A stretch of DNA of 64,000 bases from Escherichia coli (GCA_031701365.1 GCA_031701365.1_4118.1); one strand, 5' to 3'; shown: positions 9,879 to 19,580, counted from the first letter of the stretch. Notes: generated by a model not told the origin, from the letters alone. Numbers and translations: made by a program.

Positions 9879-10139
9879 ATGACTAAAGTAGTTCGTAAAC
9901 GCCACATGATGAACATGGATGAATTTCGCACATTTGACAAATATCGTACTATGTTTCGTATGCTTTCACAGGGCCGTCCAATCGTCATTGTAACAGAGAA
10001 TTACATGTCACCTGAGATTATGTTTGGTAATTATGAAAAGGTCTTCATGTTGTACGTGAAGCGTGGATTACTTACAATCAAGACATTAGCTGAAGCAACT
10101 GATGAAGATATGGATGGTGATAATACCTTTACCATGTGA
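9879..10139 (+). CDS. hypothetical protein
   Basis: 86 aa ORF with RBS. Confidence 0.5.
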   Translation: MTKVVRKRHMMNMDEFRTFDKYRTMFRMLSQGRPIVIVTENYMSPEIMFGNYEKVFMLYVKRGLLTIKTLAEATDEDMDGDNTFTM

Positions 10140-10178
10140 GGAAATATATGTCTGAAAAGCCAAAAGAACCATTAGATC

Positions 10179-10469
10179 GTGATGATGATTTTTATGACGA
10201 ACGATATGGAGATGATGATGAGTGAACATAGTGCTGTGCTTAAAAAGATTTTAAAGGATCTTGATGGTGAGTTTAATGTCACAGAAGAAGAATATCAGAA
10301 TTGGAAGAAAGGTTTTGAACAACTAACCGAGTACGATAAAGTGTTCAATATGATTGGCGTAATTAGCCAGTACTTACTCGGTGGAGGACGTGCAAGTGCT
10401 TCAATTCTGGCATCTGCAATCATCTGTACATCACGATGGTGTGATGAAAAAAGTTTGGAAGATTTCTAA
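10179..10469 (+). CDS. hypothetical protein (Met-rich N-terminus, start uncertain)
   Basis: 96 aa ORF; several candidate ATGs; a 25-aa acidic ORF 10148..10225 overlaps the start. Confidence 0.4.
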   Translation: MMMIFMTNDMEMMMSEHSAVLKKILKDLDGEFNVTEEEYQNWKKGFEQLTEYDKVFNMIGVISQYLLGGGRASASILASAIICTSRWCDEKSLEDF

Positions 10470-10521
10470 ATAAGATGCTATAATATATTATAGTACCTTA
10501 ACAATATAAAAAGGATTTTAT

Positions 10522-11382
10522 ATGAAACCTATCCGAGTACTTTCTCTTTTTAATGGAATGAGTGTGGGATATATGGCATTGCAAGATGCTGGTATCCCAG
10601 TTGAAAAATATTATTCATCCGAAATTGATAAGTACGCAATAGCTGAATCTCAATCTAACTTTCCTGATATTATCCAATTGGGTGATGTAACTAAGTGGAG
10701 AGAATGGGATATTGAGTGGGACAAAATAGATTTATTAATGGGTGGTTTCCCATGCCAAGCTTGGTCAGTTGCAGGTAAACAGGGTGGTTTAAATGATATA
10801 CGTGGGCAGTTATTTTTAGTAATGGTTGAAATTTTTGATCATATCAAAAGTCTCAATCCTAACTTGAAATTTCTGTTTGAAAATGTTAAAATGAAGGAAG
10901 ATTTCAAAGAATACATTAATAGTATTTTAGGAATCACGCCAGTACTGATAAACTCCCAGCATTATACGCCTCACTTCAGGCAGAGATATTACTGGTACAG
11001 TACTGATAAGCTTTTTATACCACCTGCATTATCCAATGCACCTAAACTTCAAGATATTATTGAAGATGGTTGGTACACTGACAGAACCGCTTCGTACTGT
11101 ATAGATGCTAACTATTTTAAAGGTGGTGATTGTAACCAGTACTTTAATAAATCCAGACGACAATTGGTGTTTCGTGACCCAGTGATCAGTCGTCAATATC
11201 TATTAGAGAATGGCAAAAGAAATATTGACTATAGACACTTAAGTGTAGTAGAATGTTGTAAATTACAGGGTGTTCCTGAAGATTTCTTTAAAGTGTCTAG
11301 TAAGACACAAGCATACAAAATGCTTGGGAATGGATGGACTATGCCAGTTATATCACATTTACTAAGAGAGATATTCTTTTGA
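10522..11382 (+). CDS. DNA (cytosine-5)-methyltransferase, orphan
   Basis: 286 aa; motif I-like 'LSLFNGMSVG', catalytic 'GGFPCQAWS' (PCQ), 'FENV' (ENV), C-terminal 'GNGWTMPV'. Confidence 0.75.
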   Translation: MKPIRVLSLFNGMSVGYMALQDAGIPVEKYYSSEIDKYAIAESQSNFPDIIQLGDVTKWREWDIEWDKIDLLMGGFPCQAWSVAGKQGGLNDIRGQLFLVMVEIFDHIKSLNPNLKFLFENVKMKEDFKEYINSILGITPVLINSQHYTPHFRQRYYWYSTDKLFIPPALSNAPKLQDIIEDGWYTDRTASYCIDANYFKGGDCNQYFNKSRRQLVFRDPVISRQYLLENGKRNIDYRHLSVVECCKLQGVPEDFFKVSSKTQAYKMLGNGWTMPVISHLLREIFF

Positions 11383-11864
11383 ACATAAACAAATACCAAA
11401 CTTATATAAAACGTACAGAAAGTTTCAAACGGCTGGCTGTAAAATCTGAATTAGAATTTAATTTGTATTATCCTAATATTGGTGATGAGGTATTTTATTG
11501 CTCTCATTCAAAGAATGGAACTTTACTTAAATCGGGTAAAGGAACTATTGTTGATATGACCGCAAATTTCAGAGGTAAACTTAATGTAATCTACAAAGTA
11601 CAAGATTCAAGTACTGAGTGTATTCATGAAGTGATGCATAACATACCTGCATATCCAAAAGATTTTGTTCAGCTAATATCTCGAAGGGAGAAACCTATGT
11701 TTTATTGTGGTTACGACAAATTAACCAAACAAATTATTCCTAATACTATGGGAAAATTTAAAAGTGATGTGAAATCTGAACTTGAAAAGAAATTTGGCAC
11801 GTCATGGGAAACTGAAAACGAGTTTATCGAAATTCGTTTAATTGAAATTACTATACTTGAATAA
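11334..11864 (+). CDS. hypothetical protein
   Basis: 176 aa ORF overlapping the methyltransferase 3' end by 49 nt; start uncertain. Confidence 0.45.
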   Translation: MDYASYITFTKRDILLNINKYQTYIKRTESFKRLAVKSELEFNLYYPNIGDEVFYCSHSKNGTLLKSGKGTIVDMTANFRGKLNVIYKVQDSSTECIHEVMHNIPAYPKDFVQLISRREKPMFYCGYDKLTKQIIPNTMGKFKSDVKSELEKKFGTSWETENEFIEIRLIEITILE

Positions 11865-11870
11865 TTACAA

Positions 11871-11894
11871 ATCCACGCAATGCGTGGATTTTTC
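11871..11894 (+). terminator. rho-independent terminator (ATCCACGC-AAT-GCGTGGAT + T-run)
   Basis: Perfect 8-bp stem then TTTTTC. Confidence 0.6.
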
Positions 11895-11906
11895 ATAGGT
11901 GCATAT

Positions 11907-12110
11907 ATGCCAAATCCTTATGTTAAAATTATTAATAATATTCTCGATTCATGGGAAGATGTTATTACTGGTAAAAAGAAACCATCACCAGTACATGCTT
12001 TATCTGGGAAACTTCAATTCAGAATGTCAAACCAAACTGAAACATTTAATAATCATGATATTTGCATTACATTAAAAACACCTATTAGTATTGTAATTAA
12101 AAAAAAATAA
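11907..12110 (+). CDS. hypothetical protein; possible N-terminal part of a frameshifted FFQ-family gene
   Basis: ATG 11907 after AGGTG; ends at TAA immediately after an A9 run (12099-12107). Confidence 0.4.
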   Translation: MPNPYVKIINNILDSWEDVITGKKKPSPVHALSGKLQFRMSNQTETFNNHDICITLKTPISIVIKKK

Positions 12111-12120
12111 AGATGATGAA

Positions 12121-12423
12121 TTGACATTATCTATTGGTCGTGATAAAATCATTTTAAGTAATTTGTCTGAAGAAGAATTCTTTCAAAGAAGTACTATTAT
12201 CGATATGAAAGATTTCACATATGAATCATTGGTTGAACTCAATACACGTTTTAACGATATTCAGGAACGATTGCGACCAATTCTTCGTATCGAAGAAGAA
12301 GCCTGGATTGAAAGTATTAGGAAGATGCAAGAAATGTTGAAAGAAAATATTAACAATCTGGGTAAAGCTACAATGGAATTTGGTAAAACTTTTAAACTGA
12401 ACTTTTTAAAGGATCGTAAATGA
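12121..12423 (+). CDS. FFQ-motif family protein fragment (TTG start in track; possibly fused to 11907..12110 by frameshift)
   Basis: 'SEEEFFQRSTIIDM' near N-terminus; frame open back to 12097 with no ATG. Confidence 0.4.
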   Translation: MTLSIGRDKIILSNLSEEEFFQRSTIIDMKDFTYESLVELNTRFNDIQERLRPILRIEEEAWIESIRKMQEMLKENINNLGKATMEFGKTFKLNFLKDRK

Positions 12424-12875
12424 AAATTGATAATTTGATTCATGTTTTAGGATCTTTACATAAAATATTATCACATCTACATGAGATAAAGAAACTGGGA
12501 TTTAACATCTCAAATTCAATTGAAACTACATTTAAATATCAATCAATTACTGGTGATGGTTATTACATAATCGAATATACTTATGAAACCGATCCAGACT
12601 TCTATCCTCTTACGTTGAGAATTTATCCAACAAATCCGAGAGGAATTCACGACATATCATCAATTTCACTTGATCCAGATGGTGAAACGAGTATTGAATA
12701 CAATAATGATTCAAAACCAGAATTTTACATTGATGATATTAAAATGATGTTCAACGATGAATATGTGTTCCAGCAAAGTACAGTGCATGATGTTGGAAGT
12801 ACTAATGGACAATTTTGGAATACATGTTATTATCATATGATTGAAATTTGTAAATTACTAAAAGGCGATGATTAA
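12420..12875 (+). CDS. FFQ-motif family protein
   Basis: 'DEYVFQQSTVHDVG'. Confidence 0.6.
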   Translation: MKIDNLIHVLGSLHKILSHLHEIKKLGFNISNSIETTFKYQSITGDGYYIIEYTYETDPDFYPLTLRIYPTNPRGIHDISSISLDPDGETSIEYNNDSKPEFYIDDIKMMFNDEYVFQQSTVHDVGSTNGQFWNTCYYHMIEICKLLKGDD

Positions 12876-13258
12876 TGAAATACAGCATTGAAGTACATTA
12901 CACTACAGGGGACACTGAAAATTGTTATGACGTTCTTAATACAATTGATATTCAATGGTCTTCTAAAGAGGAAGCAGTTGCTGCTTTACAGTGCCTAAAA
13001 GAGCATTGGGTGTTTTATATGAAGCAAGATAATTGCTATACTAAAGAACACGAAACTATCGTTGAAAATGCTAAACAAAAAGAGTGGTTTGACCCAATAT
13101 CACCAGAATATTCATTCTTGGTTAAAGTTGGCGATGTGACAGTTCCATTACGAACACCGTGGAACGGCTACTTTGAAACTCTTCATAATGCACGAGTTGT
13201 CGCTGTTGATAATCCTGAGCAAATCGATTTCGATTCATTGGACTGGAAAAAACTATGA
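12875..13258 (+). CDS. hypothetical protein
   Basis: 127 aa ORF. Confidence 0.5.
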   Translation: MKYSIEVHYTTGDTENCYDVLNTIDIQWSSKEEAVAALQCLKEHWVFYMKQDNCYTKEHETIVENAKQKEWFDPISPEYSFLVKVGDVTVPLRTPWNGYFETLHNARVVAVDNPEQIDFDSLDWKKL

Positions 13259-13698
13259 CAGTACTGCACCAATTGAAGAAGGTTAAGCATCCAGTTGTAT
13301 ACGAGGATTGGAAGCGACAAAAGACAATGGGTGATTTTTATTTCCCAAAATCTAAAGTTCTTGCGAATTCAAGATGTACATATGTCACACATAATGGTAA
13401 AGATACCGTATTTGTTGAAATGGGTTTCAATCCATCAAATACAATGTTCAGTACTAACCAGACATTTTACAAATTTCATATCAATAAAGATTCATTTTCA
13501 ATTATGATTATAAAATTTTTAGTTGAAGATCTGGTATACAGTGAAGAAAAAGTTCCTTTATCATTAGTGGATATTCCTTATGATAATTTAGAGGAAATGT
13601 ACTTCCAACAGTTGACAGTGCAAGAAAACTTCGGTATGATAGGACTTCAAGAGTTAGAGATGATTAAGCAAATTCGTGATATCTACTTTAAGGAGTAA
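13255..13698 (+). CDS. FFQ-motif family protein
   Basis: 'EEMYFQQLTVQENFG'. Confidence 0.6.
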   Translation: MTVLHQLKKVKHPVVYEDWKRQKTMGDFYFPKSKVLANSRCTYVTHNGKDTVFVEMGFNPSNTMFSTNQTFYKFHINKDSFSIMIIKFLVEDLVYSEEKVPLSLVDIPYDNLEEMYFQQLTVQENFGMIGLQELEMIKQIRDIYFKE

Positions 13699-13700
13699 CT

Positions 13701-13844
13701 ATGCCAGTACGTAACAGTACTTCACGCTTTACGCTTCAACAGAAAGCAGATCTTTTGAATATGGCTAACAAAGATTCTAATTTTTACTATCTAGTACTCG
13801 GTGGGTCAGTAGAAAAGATTGACCTACGTGAGTGTATGAAATAA
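13701..13844 (+). CDS. small protein (47 aa)
   Basis: ATG 13701 after AAGGAG; below track cutoff; hand-translated. Confidence 0.4.
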   Translation: MPVRNSTSRFTLQQKADLLNMANKDSNFYYLVLGGSVEKIDLRECMK

Positions 13845-13860
13845 CAAAAGGGGACTAAAA

Positions 13861-14031
13861 ATGAGTCTACGTGAATCATGGGAACAATTTAAAGAAGAGA
13901 TTGGTTATCGTGGTGTTAAGATTGAAAAAATCAATCGAACCGAAAGCATCAAAGCCAGTACTAATGGCACTACCTATGATCGTTATGATGAAAAGTATGG
14001 TTTGCATTCTAAACCGAAGGATACTGAATAA
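13861..14031 (+). CDS. small protein (56 aa)
   Basis: ATG with G-rich RBS; TAATG overlap with next ORF. Confidence 0.4.
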   Translation: MSLRESWEQFKEEIGYRGVKIEKINRTESIKASTNGTTYDRYDEKYGLHSKPKDTE

Positions 14032-14174
14032 TGGTATACACTAACATTTTTACTGGTATTATGCGTAAATTTATTAATGGTACTGGATACGTATCTAATG
14101 ACAACGGTAGTACATGGGTAAAAAATAATACGTCTGAATCTTTAGTAAAAAGTCTTCCGTATTATAAAGCTTGA
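14031..14174 (+). CDS. small protein (47 aa)
   Basis: Translationally coupled to previous ORF; stop TGA lies in next promoter -35. Confidence 0.35.
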   Translation: MVYTNIFTGIMRKFINGTGYVSNDNGSTWVKNNTSESLVKSLPYYKA

Positions 14175-14199
14175 CACATGAAAATGGAGTATATATAAT
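14171..14199 (+). promoter_or_regulatory. sigma70-type promoter (TTGACA-17-TATAAT)
   Basis: TTGACA 14171-76; TATAAT 14194-99. Confidence 0.6.
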
Positions 14200-14231
14200 A
14201 CTCCTATATTAATTAAACGAGGATATACGAA

Positions 14232-14804
14232 ATGGCTGGTGTTGATAAAATTTGTGAATTCAGTTCAGATTATGAAGGTTACGAGATGTACAAGTCCAAG
14301 CGTAATCACATTCAAGTACTGTCAAAGTACCGTAAAGAATTCCGAGGCCACAAAGCAACATTGTATGTTTTTGAGAATGGATATTCTGAAGTTTTCACAA
14401 GTGGTGGGTACAGTACAGCTAACATGGCACATATCAACCCAAACCCAACTGAAGATGATTGGAATAGTGGTAACGCTTTTCGTATTTCAATTTTGAATAA
14501 AATGAATCGTTACGACCGTTATTGTACATTCTTTGAAAATATTTCAGAATACAAGCAAGCATTAAAGAAATATAATCAACGCTTACTAATGAATTATGAT
14601 TACATTCTTCATGTGCCAACTGTTCCAGGTCAGGTTAATGGTCTGTATACGAATAGCACACATGATTTAACTGCGGTGAAGCGTCGCCTCAAACGTATGT
14701 TGGGTTGTCGTAATTTAACAATCAAGGTTATGCGTAATGAATCAATGTATAACTTTTTAGATGTACTACACTACACACTGAAGGATAATAATGGAAACAA
14801 TTAA
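14232..14804 (+). CDS. hypothetical protein
   Basis: 190 aa ORF downstream of promoter. Confidence 0.55.
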   Translation: MAGVDKICEFSSDYEGYEMYKSKRNHIQVLSKYRKEFRGHKATLYVFENGYSEVFTSGGYSTANMAHINPNPTEDDWNSGNAFRISILNKMNRYDRYCTFFENISEYKQALKKYNQRLLMNYDYILHVPTVPGQVNGLYTNSTHDLTAVKRRLKRMLGCRNLTIKVMRNESMYNFLDVLHYTLKDNNGNN

Positions 14805-14988
14805 GTTTATGTTTGAGGTGTTTGTTGCATTCATCTTATGTGCTGTGTCTATTACTATTTCTTTAATCCCAGTAATCGTTTACCAAGTTAATGGTGGGAC
14901 AGATCCAACAATTGATATTTTACTTCGTTGTTTCGGCTTTTTTATATGGTTGGCGATGTTTATGTACTACATGCATCTTGAGGATTGA
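14791..14988 (+). CDS. small membrane protein
   Basis: 65 aa, two hydrophobic helices. Confidence 0.5.
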   Translation: METIKFMFEVFVAFILCAVSITISLIPVIVYQVNGGTDPTIDILLRCFGFFIWLAMFMYYMHLED

Positions 14989-15821
14989 TTATGTCATTAG
15001 AAAAAATAATCATTTCTGAATTCCGAAAGTATATCATGGATTGTGATAGAGATGTGCAGCGTAAGTTCAATGAGTACCTTGACAAATATCCGTATTTGAT
15101 GTTTAATCCGTTTGAAACTGATGATGATTTATATCTTGGTTTTTACATAGGATTTACTCAACGAATTCTTCATAAAGATGAAATGAAACAATCTGAGATT
15201 TGGGTAGAAACTGACTCATCAGAGTCTAATGTTTTTTATCTTTATACATATTATGCCGAAATTGTTAGAGATACGACACCTGATGGTTGTCTATTTATAC
15301 AATCGTCTGATATTGAAAGAATATATATCGAACCTGTATCTTTAGATATGGTTGCCCAGCTTCCAACTATCCAACAGTTAGGTGCAGACGAATTAACTTA
15401 TTCTGTATTTGAATATCTAGGTAGAGATGATTTGACTCAAGAAATTGATAAAATGGTTTCTAAATATACTTCATCACTTATTTCAAATGGTAAACTTAAA
15501 TTAGAATTAATTTTTGAAGATACTAGTATTAATCCAGTAAGAGGGGTAACAATTGGAAAAGTTACCATACGTGTTGTTTACGATAATGAAGTATTAGGAT
15601 ATATTTCAAAACGTGGACATGATTTATGTATAATTAGTACATTCGTTGTTTCTCGTAAAAAATGGAATGATTTAATGCAAAAAATCGTGGACGGTAGTAA
15701 AATTCGTGATATAATATGTAATGACATGGTAATTATTAATCCTGATGTTGACTGTGATGTATATTTTCCAGTTCCTGGATTTACACGAGAAAACTTTAGT
15801 AAATTGAAGGATAAGAAATGA
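14985..15821 (+). CDS. hypothetical protein
   Basis: 278 aa ORF, ATGA overlap. Confidence 0.55.
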   Translation: MIMSLEKIIISEFRKYIMDCDRDVQRKFNEYLDKYPYLMFNPFETDDDLYLGFYIGFTQRILHKDEMKQSEIWVETDSSESNVFYLYTYYAEIVRDTTPDGCLFIQSSDIERIYIEPVSLDMVAQLPTIQQLGADELTYSVFEYLGRDDLTQEIDKMVSKYTSSLISNGKLKLELIFEDTSINPVRGVTIGKVTIRVVYDNEVLGYISKRGHDLCIISTFVVSRKKWNDLMQKIVDGSKIRDIICNDMVIINPDVDCDVYFPVPGFTRENFSKLKDKK

Positions 15822-16108
15822 AAATTTTAGAAGTCTTGCTAGAAAAAGATGCATCTGGTACTCTTTATGTTGGTAATGAGTTCAGTCCAGATCCAATTGA
15901 TATGTTACAGAGAATCCAAACACTGACTCAAAACATCTCGGTTAAAAAACCGTTTCAGAAAGAATTGGAAATCTTTTGTGATAAAGATATCGAACAGCAT
16001 GATAATGTGATTTCAGATATTAAAAGTCTATTGACAAAAAATGGTTATGTAGAGTATAATCCTCCTATCGTAATCGTTATTCCAGACTTCATGAAAGGAA
16101 CAATCTAA
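15818..16108 (+). CDS. hypothetical protein
   Basis: 96 aa ORF. Confidence 0.5.
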   Translation: MKILEVLLEKDASGTLYVGNEFSPDPIDMLQRIQTLTQNISVKKPFQKELEIFCDKDIEQHDNVISDIKSLLTKNGYVEYNPPIVIVIPDFMKGTI

Positions 16109-16377
16109 TGACTAAAGACGAAATGAAATCTCGCTTAAGCGAACTGAAGAAAGAACGTAAACTAGTACGTTTAGACTGGGATATCCTTAACAGGAAAGAT
16201 GAGCAATCATATGCTAACTGGAGTTCTGATAAAGTACGAAATGACCGTTCTAAAGAAGATGCAAAGCAATTCATGGCATTATCGAAGCGACTATCATCTT
16301 TGAACAGTGAAATTACTGGCCTTCAGAAAGAGATCATTTCCATTCTTAAAGCGGAGATTGAATCACTCTATGAATAA
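16108..16377 (+). CDS. hypothetical coiled-coil protein
   Basis: 89 aa, charged heptad-like sequence. Confidence 0.5.
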   Translation: MTKDEMKSRLSELKKERKLVRLDWDILNRKDEQSYANWSSDKVRNDRSKEDAKQFMALSKRLSSLNSEITGLQKEIISILKAEIESLYE

Positions 16378-16666
16378 ACATGAAGTAATTCATTTTGATG
16401 ATAAGATCTATATTCCAAATATTGATAGTACTGAAACATATTACCTAATCAATAAGATTATGGCTGAAACAAATACGTGTTGTCGTCAACAGCCAGGAAA
16501 ATATGAGTTCAGTCAGACTATTGGTTATTACCGATATGATATGTTAGAATCATTTACAATTGATAAGTCTAAAGTTATTGACATTCTTGTACAGAATGGA
16601 TATAATGAACAACGTGTAAATGATACGGATTTACCAGTTTCAAAAATTGTTCTTTCTAATAATTAA
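16370..16666 (+). CDS. hypothetical protein
   Basis: ATG 16370 overlapping previous stop by 8 nt (track ORF 16307 trimmed). Confidence 0.45.
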   Translation: MNKHEVIHFDDKIYIPNIDSTETYYLINKIMAETNTCCRQQPGKYEFSQTIGYYRYDMLESFTIDKSKVIDILVQNGYNEQRVNDTDLPVSKIVLSNN

Positions 16667-16669
16667 AAA

Positions 16670-16698
16670 TTGGACAAGAACAGATATTGTGATATAAT
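16670..16698 (+). promoter_or_regulatory. extended -10 promoter (TTGGAC-17-TGaTATAAT)
   Basis: TGTGATATAAT at 16688-98; same motif recurs at 36676-36687. Confidence 0.5.
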
Positions 16699-16781
16699 GT
16701 TTGTTATCGGCAGATATTAAAATGCAAACCATTCCTCAATGATGAGGGTTTTTCATAAAAAAGAAATAAAAGGGTATTAAA

Positions 16782-16991
16782 ATGGCTAAAGAAACTAACG
16801 CACAAGTACTAGATATCACCGACTTCGACCGCACTGTGAACTACATTCAATTCCAGATTCATCAAGCAGAAGAAGCTCTAGCAGTATTCCACGGTACTGG
16901 TGCAAGGCCAATCCGTTTTGCTCACTTGATTGCATGGAAGAAAAGTCTTCAAGAAGAACTATCTGAACTGCGTAAAGCAAATCGTAAGTAA
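16782..16991 (+). CDS. small protein flanked by hairpins
   Basis: 69 aa; terminator-like hairpins both sides (16728-16755, 17002-17032). Confidence 0.5.
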   Translation: MAKETNAQVLDITDFDRTVNYIQFQIHQAEEALAVFHGTGARPIRFAHLIAWKKSLQEELSELRKANRK

Positions 16992-17056
16992 TTTATCTTA
17001 CCGCCTCATCATTTTTGATGGGGCATTTTAATCATATAAAGTAAGAGGATTTATAA

Positions 17057-17563
17057 ATGAGTGTTGAATATTGGTTTTTGTTTGTGTGTATTGGTACACT
17101 TGCATTAATCACCATTGGATTGATTTTCAATACCATGATTAGTGGAAGTAAGTACTTTAAGACATTCCAACTTTTAATGTCTGCTATGCCATATAGTGCT
17201 GATGCCGAAAAAACAATTTCTCTAATTTTAGATAAGTTCGATGCAAATCTTTTGGTGGCTAAAATTTCAGCATGTGATACAAATATTTCATTTTACACTG
17301 TAGAGACAGAACAGAATGGGATTGATACACAATACTCAAATCCAGTAGTTGCTGAAATTTTCATTGGTTCAAAATATTATGCCTATGGATATGTAAGAAA
17401 ATATTATTCAGAAGCAAAAGCTGAGTTGACGAAGAAGCGACCATCAATAAAAACTTTAAAACGCATCATTGCGTTGGAAAAATCACTTCGTGGTCAAACA
17501 AGCGTTAATGAGCCACCATCAGTGATTAAATCCAAAAAAAGTAATGTTGTGGAGTTGGAGTAA
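17057..17563 (+). CDS. membrane-anchored protein
   Basis: 168 aa; N-terminal TM. Confidence 0.5.
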   Translation: MSVEYWFLFVCIGTLALITIGLIFNTMISGSKYFKTFQLLMSAMPYSADAEKTISLILDKFDANLLVAKISACDTNISFYTVETEQNGIDTQYSNPVVAEIFIGSKYYAYGYVRKYYSEAKAELTKKRPSIKTLKRIIALEKSLRGQTSVNEPPSVIKSKKSNVVELE

Positions 17564-17853
17564 TGGAACCAGAAAAATCAAGAAAAATTCTTATTGATGT
17601 CCAAACTAAATTACTAGATATTATGGAAATCATCAATGAGTTACCACAGGGTTATCAGTACAAAGTTCGTGAAATGTTATCTTGTGCCGAAACCGTTGTT
17701 TCTATGTACGATGATATTCAACATGGTATTATCCCTGATATTCTCAAAGATGACGTAAATATTAACACTGAGGTAAAAGAAACTAAATTAGAATCAGAAA
17801 CAGTATCTAATAAAAAAGTTCTAGACCTTAGTGGTATAAAAATTAATATCTAA
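17563..17853 (+). CDS. hypothetical protein
   Basis: 96 aa ORF. Confidence 0.5.
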   Translation: MEPEKSRKILIDVQTKLLDIMEIINELPQGYQYKVREMLSCAETVVSMYDDIQHGIIPDILKDDVNINTEVKETKLESETVSNKKVLDLSGIKINI

Positions 17854-17875
17854 AAAACATCCAATAGGAGAAGTA

Positions 17876-18025
17876 ATGAGTAATCAAAAAATCGACTTAG
17901 TAGTAAAACTTCAAGAGATTCAAGCACTAGCTAAAGACCTTGATAACACACGTGCATCAGTAGTTGATTCACTATGTGCAACAATCCTGACTGTTTTTAC
18001 AGATTACGAAAAGAAATCTGATTAA
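17876..18025 (+). CDS. small protein (49 aa)
   Basis: ATG after AGGAG; followed by terminator; hand-translated. Confidence 0.4.
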   Translation: MSNQKIDLVVKLQEIQALAKDLDNTRASVVDSLCATILTVFTDYEKKSD

Positions 18026-18041
18026 ACGTTACTTTGTAAAT

Positions 18042-18068
18042 ACCCAGTCAAGTACTGGGTATTTTTTT
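18042..18068 (+). terminator. rho-independent terminator (ACCCAGT-CAAGT-ACTGGGT + T7)
   Basis: Perfect stem and long T-run. Confidence 0.65.
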
Positions 18069-18079
18069 AAGGAAATAAA

Positions 18080-18472
18080 ATGACTGAATCAGAACTACAC
18101 GAAATGATAGATTTCATTTATGAAATGGTGCAAGATAAAAATAACATCAATACAATTACTACTGGACCAAGACAAATTGGTAACCAAATGACCTATTCGT
18201 TGTCTTTATGGTTACACCCTAACTTCAAGGTTGATTGTTTGTATTACCGTCCTGATATTGATGCCTATTATTTTATAAATCATGATGCATTAATGAAACC
18301 AAATAAGAAACCAGTTGATGATTCTTTTGTGACATATCCATTTTACCTTGCTCATTCAGATGAAGATGAATTTCAAAAATCTACAGTTTTAAACAAAGGT
18401 GAAATTTGCATCCCTTATGCACTTAAAGATAAAATGATTCACATCACCGAAGTTATGAAAACATGCTTGTAA
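18080..18472 (+). CDS. FFQ-motif family protein
   Basis: 'DEDEFQKSTVLNKGEI'. Confidence 0.55.
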   Translation: MTESELHEMIDFIYEMVQDKNNINTITTGPRQIGNQMTYSLSLWLHPNFKVDCLYYRPDIDAYYFINHDALMKPNKKPVDDSFVTYPFYLAHSDEDEFQKSTVLNKGEICIPYALKDKMIHITEVMKTCL

Positions 18473-18520
18473 GTGCAATGAATCTCTAGTATAATACTAT
18501 GACTTTTTTAAGGAGAACAT

Positions 18521-19090
18521 ATGAACTTTATTAAATTCAACACATCTGAGTTAGAAGCATACTTTAATACAAATAATAAATTCAATATTATTCTTAAAGA
18601 CGGAACAACTGTTATCGGAGTATCATTGCTTTCATTTGATGGCGAAAAACTCAAAACTGTTTATAAATTCACCAATCTTGATGGTGATTACTGGGATACA
18701 TCAGATGTATCTAAAATTTGTACACATTATGTATTTGAATCAATTGAAGTTGGTGATGGATGGGCATTGACCTGTAATGGTAATAAAGTATTTTCTGGTA
18801 ACATATTTGGGGTAATTTCAAGTAAAGAAATCGTAGACCATCATCTTCATGTTCTCAATAATAACGCCAACACTTATACACCTGATAATATCAAAATTCA
18901 CGATATTGTAACATATACTGATTATAATGGTTTCAGTCATAAAGCAATCGTAACTGAAGTTAAAAAACCAAAAAATTATTTCGACCACGGTTTAATTGAA
19001 GTATATATGGTAGGTGGCGACACACAATACTTTGAACATTTCACTTATACTGGTTGGGATAGATTTCTAACCGTTATTGAGGAATACTAA
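18521..19090 (+). CDS. hypothetical protein
   Basis: 189 aa ORF; promoter-like TTGTAA-17-TATAAT at 18467-18495. Confidence 0.55.
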   Translation: MNFIKFNTSELEAYFNTNNKFNIILKDGTTVIGVSLLSFDGEKLKTVYKFTNLDGDYWDTSDVSKICTHYVFESIEVGDGWALTCNGNKVFSGNIFGVISSKEIVDHHLHVLNNNANTYTPDNIKIHDIVTYTDYNGFSHKAIVTEVKKPKNYFDHGLIEVYMVGGDTQYFEHFTYTGWDRFLTVIEEY

Positions 19091-19091
19091 C

Positions 19092-19580
19092 ATGCCTATT
19101 CGTGGTGTACCAGAGCCATTAAATGAAGTATTAAAATATGTTAATATTGAACTGCGAGATGTAAATCTTCGAAGAAATAATATATATTACTTTAAATCAA
19201 CTGAAATGTGTTCAGTGCAAGTAATTATAGGTACATCTGTTAAGATAACTCGTGTACTTGATGGTAGTACAGATTTCGTCGAATACAACGTACTTACTAA
19301 CAAAGTAACACACACATATAAATGGAGTGGGTATAAAACTATTAAGTATGAGTTTGATGTTGCTAGAACTGAAGAAGAACGATTTATGTTAAGTACTATC
19401 AATCCAGCAAACTACCCTGAACTTGATACATTTTTGCTAATTTTAAAACTGTATAATGAAGCAAATGGGAAAGCTAAGGAGTATGATAGAATTATGTATG
19501 AACGCAAAAAAGAACGTGCTCAGAAAAGTTATGATCTTTATGATAACCCATATGTAAAATATAATAAGGGGAGAAAATGA
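19092..19580 (+). CDS. FFQ-motif family protein
   Basis: ATG 19092 after GAGGA; 'TEEERFMLSTINPANYPEL'. Confidence 0.55.
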   Translation: MPIRGVPEPLNEVLKYVNIELRDVNLRRNNIYYFKSTEMCSVQVIIGTSVKITRVLDGSTDFVEYNVLTNKVTHTYKWSGYKTIKYEFDVARTEEERFMLSTINPANYPELDTFLLILKLYNEANGKAKEYDRIMYERKKERAQKSYDLYDNPYVKYNKGRK

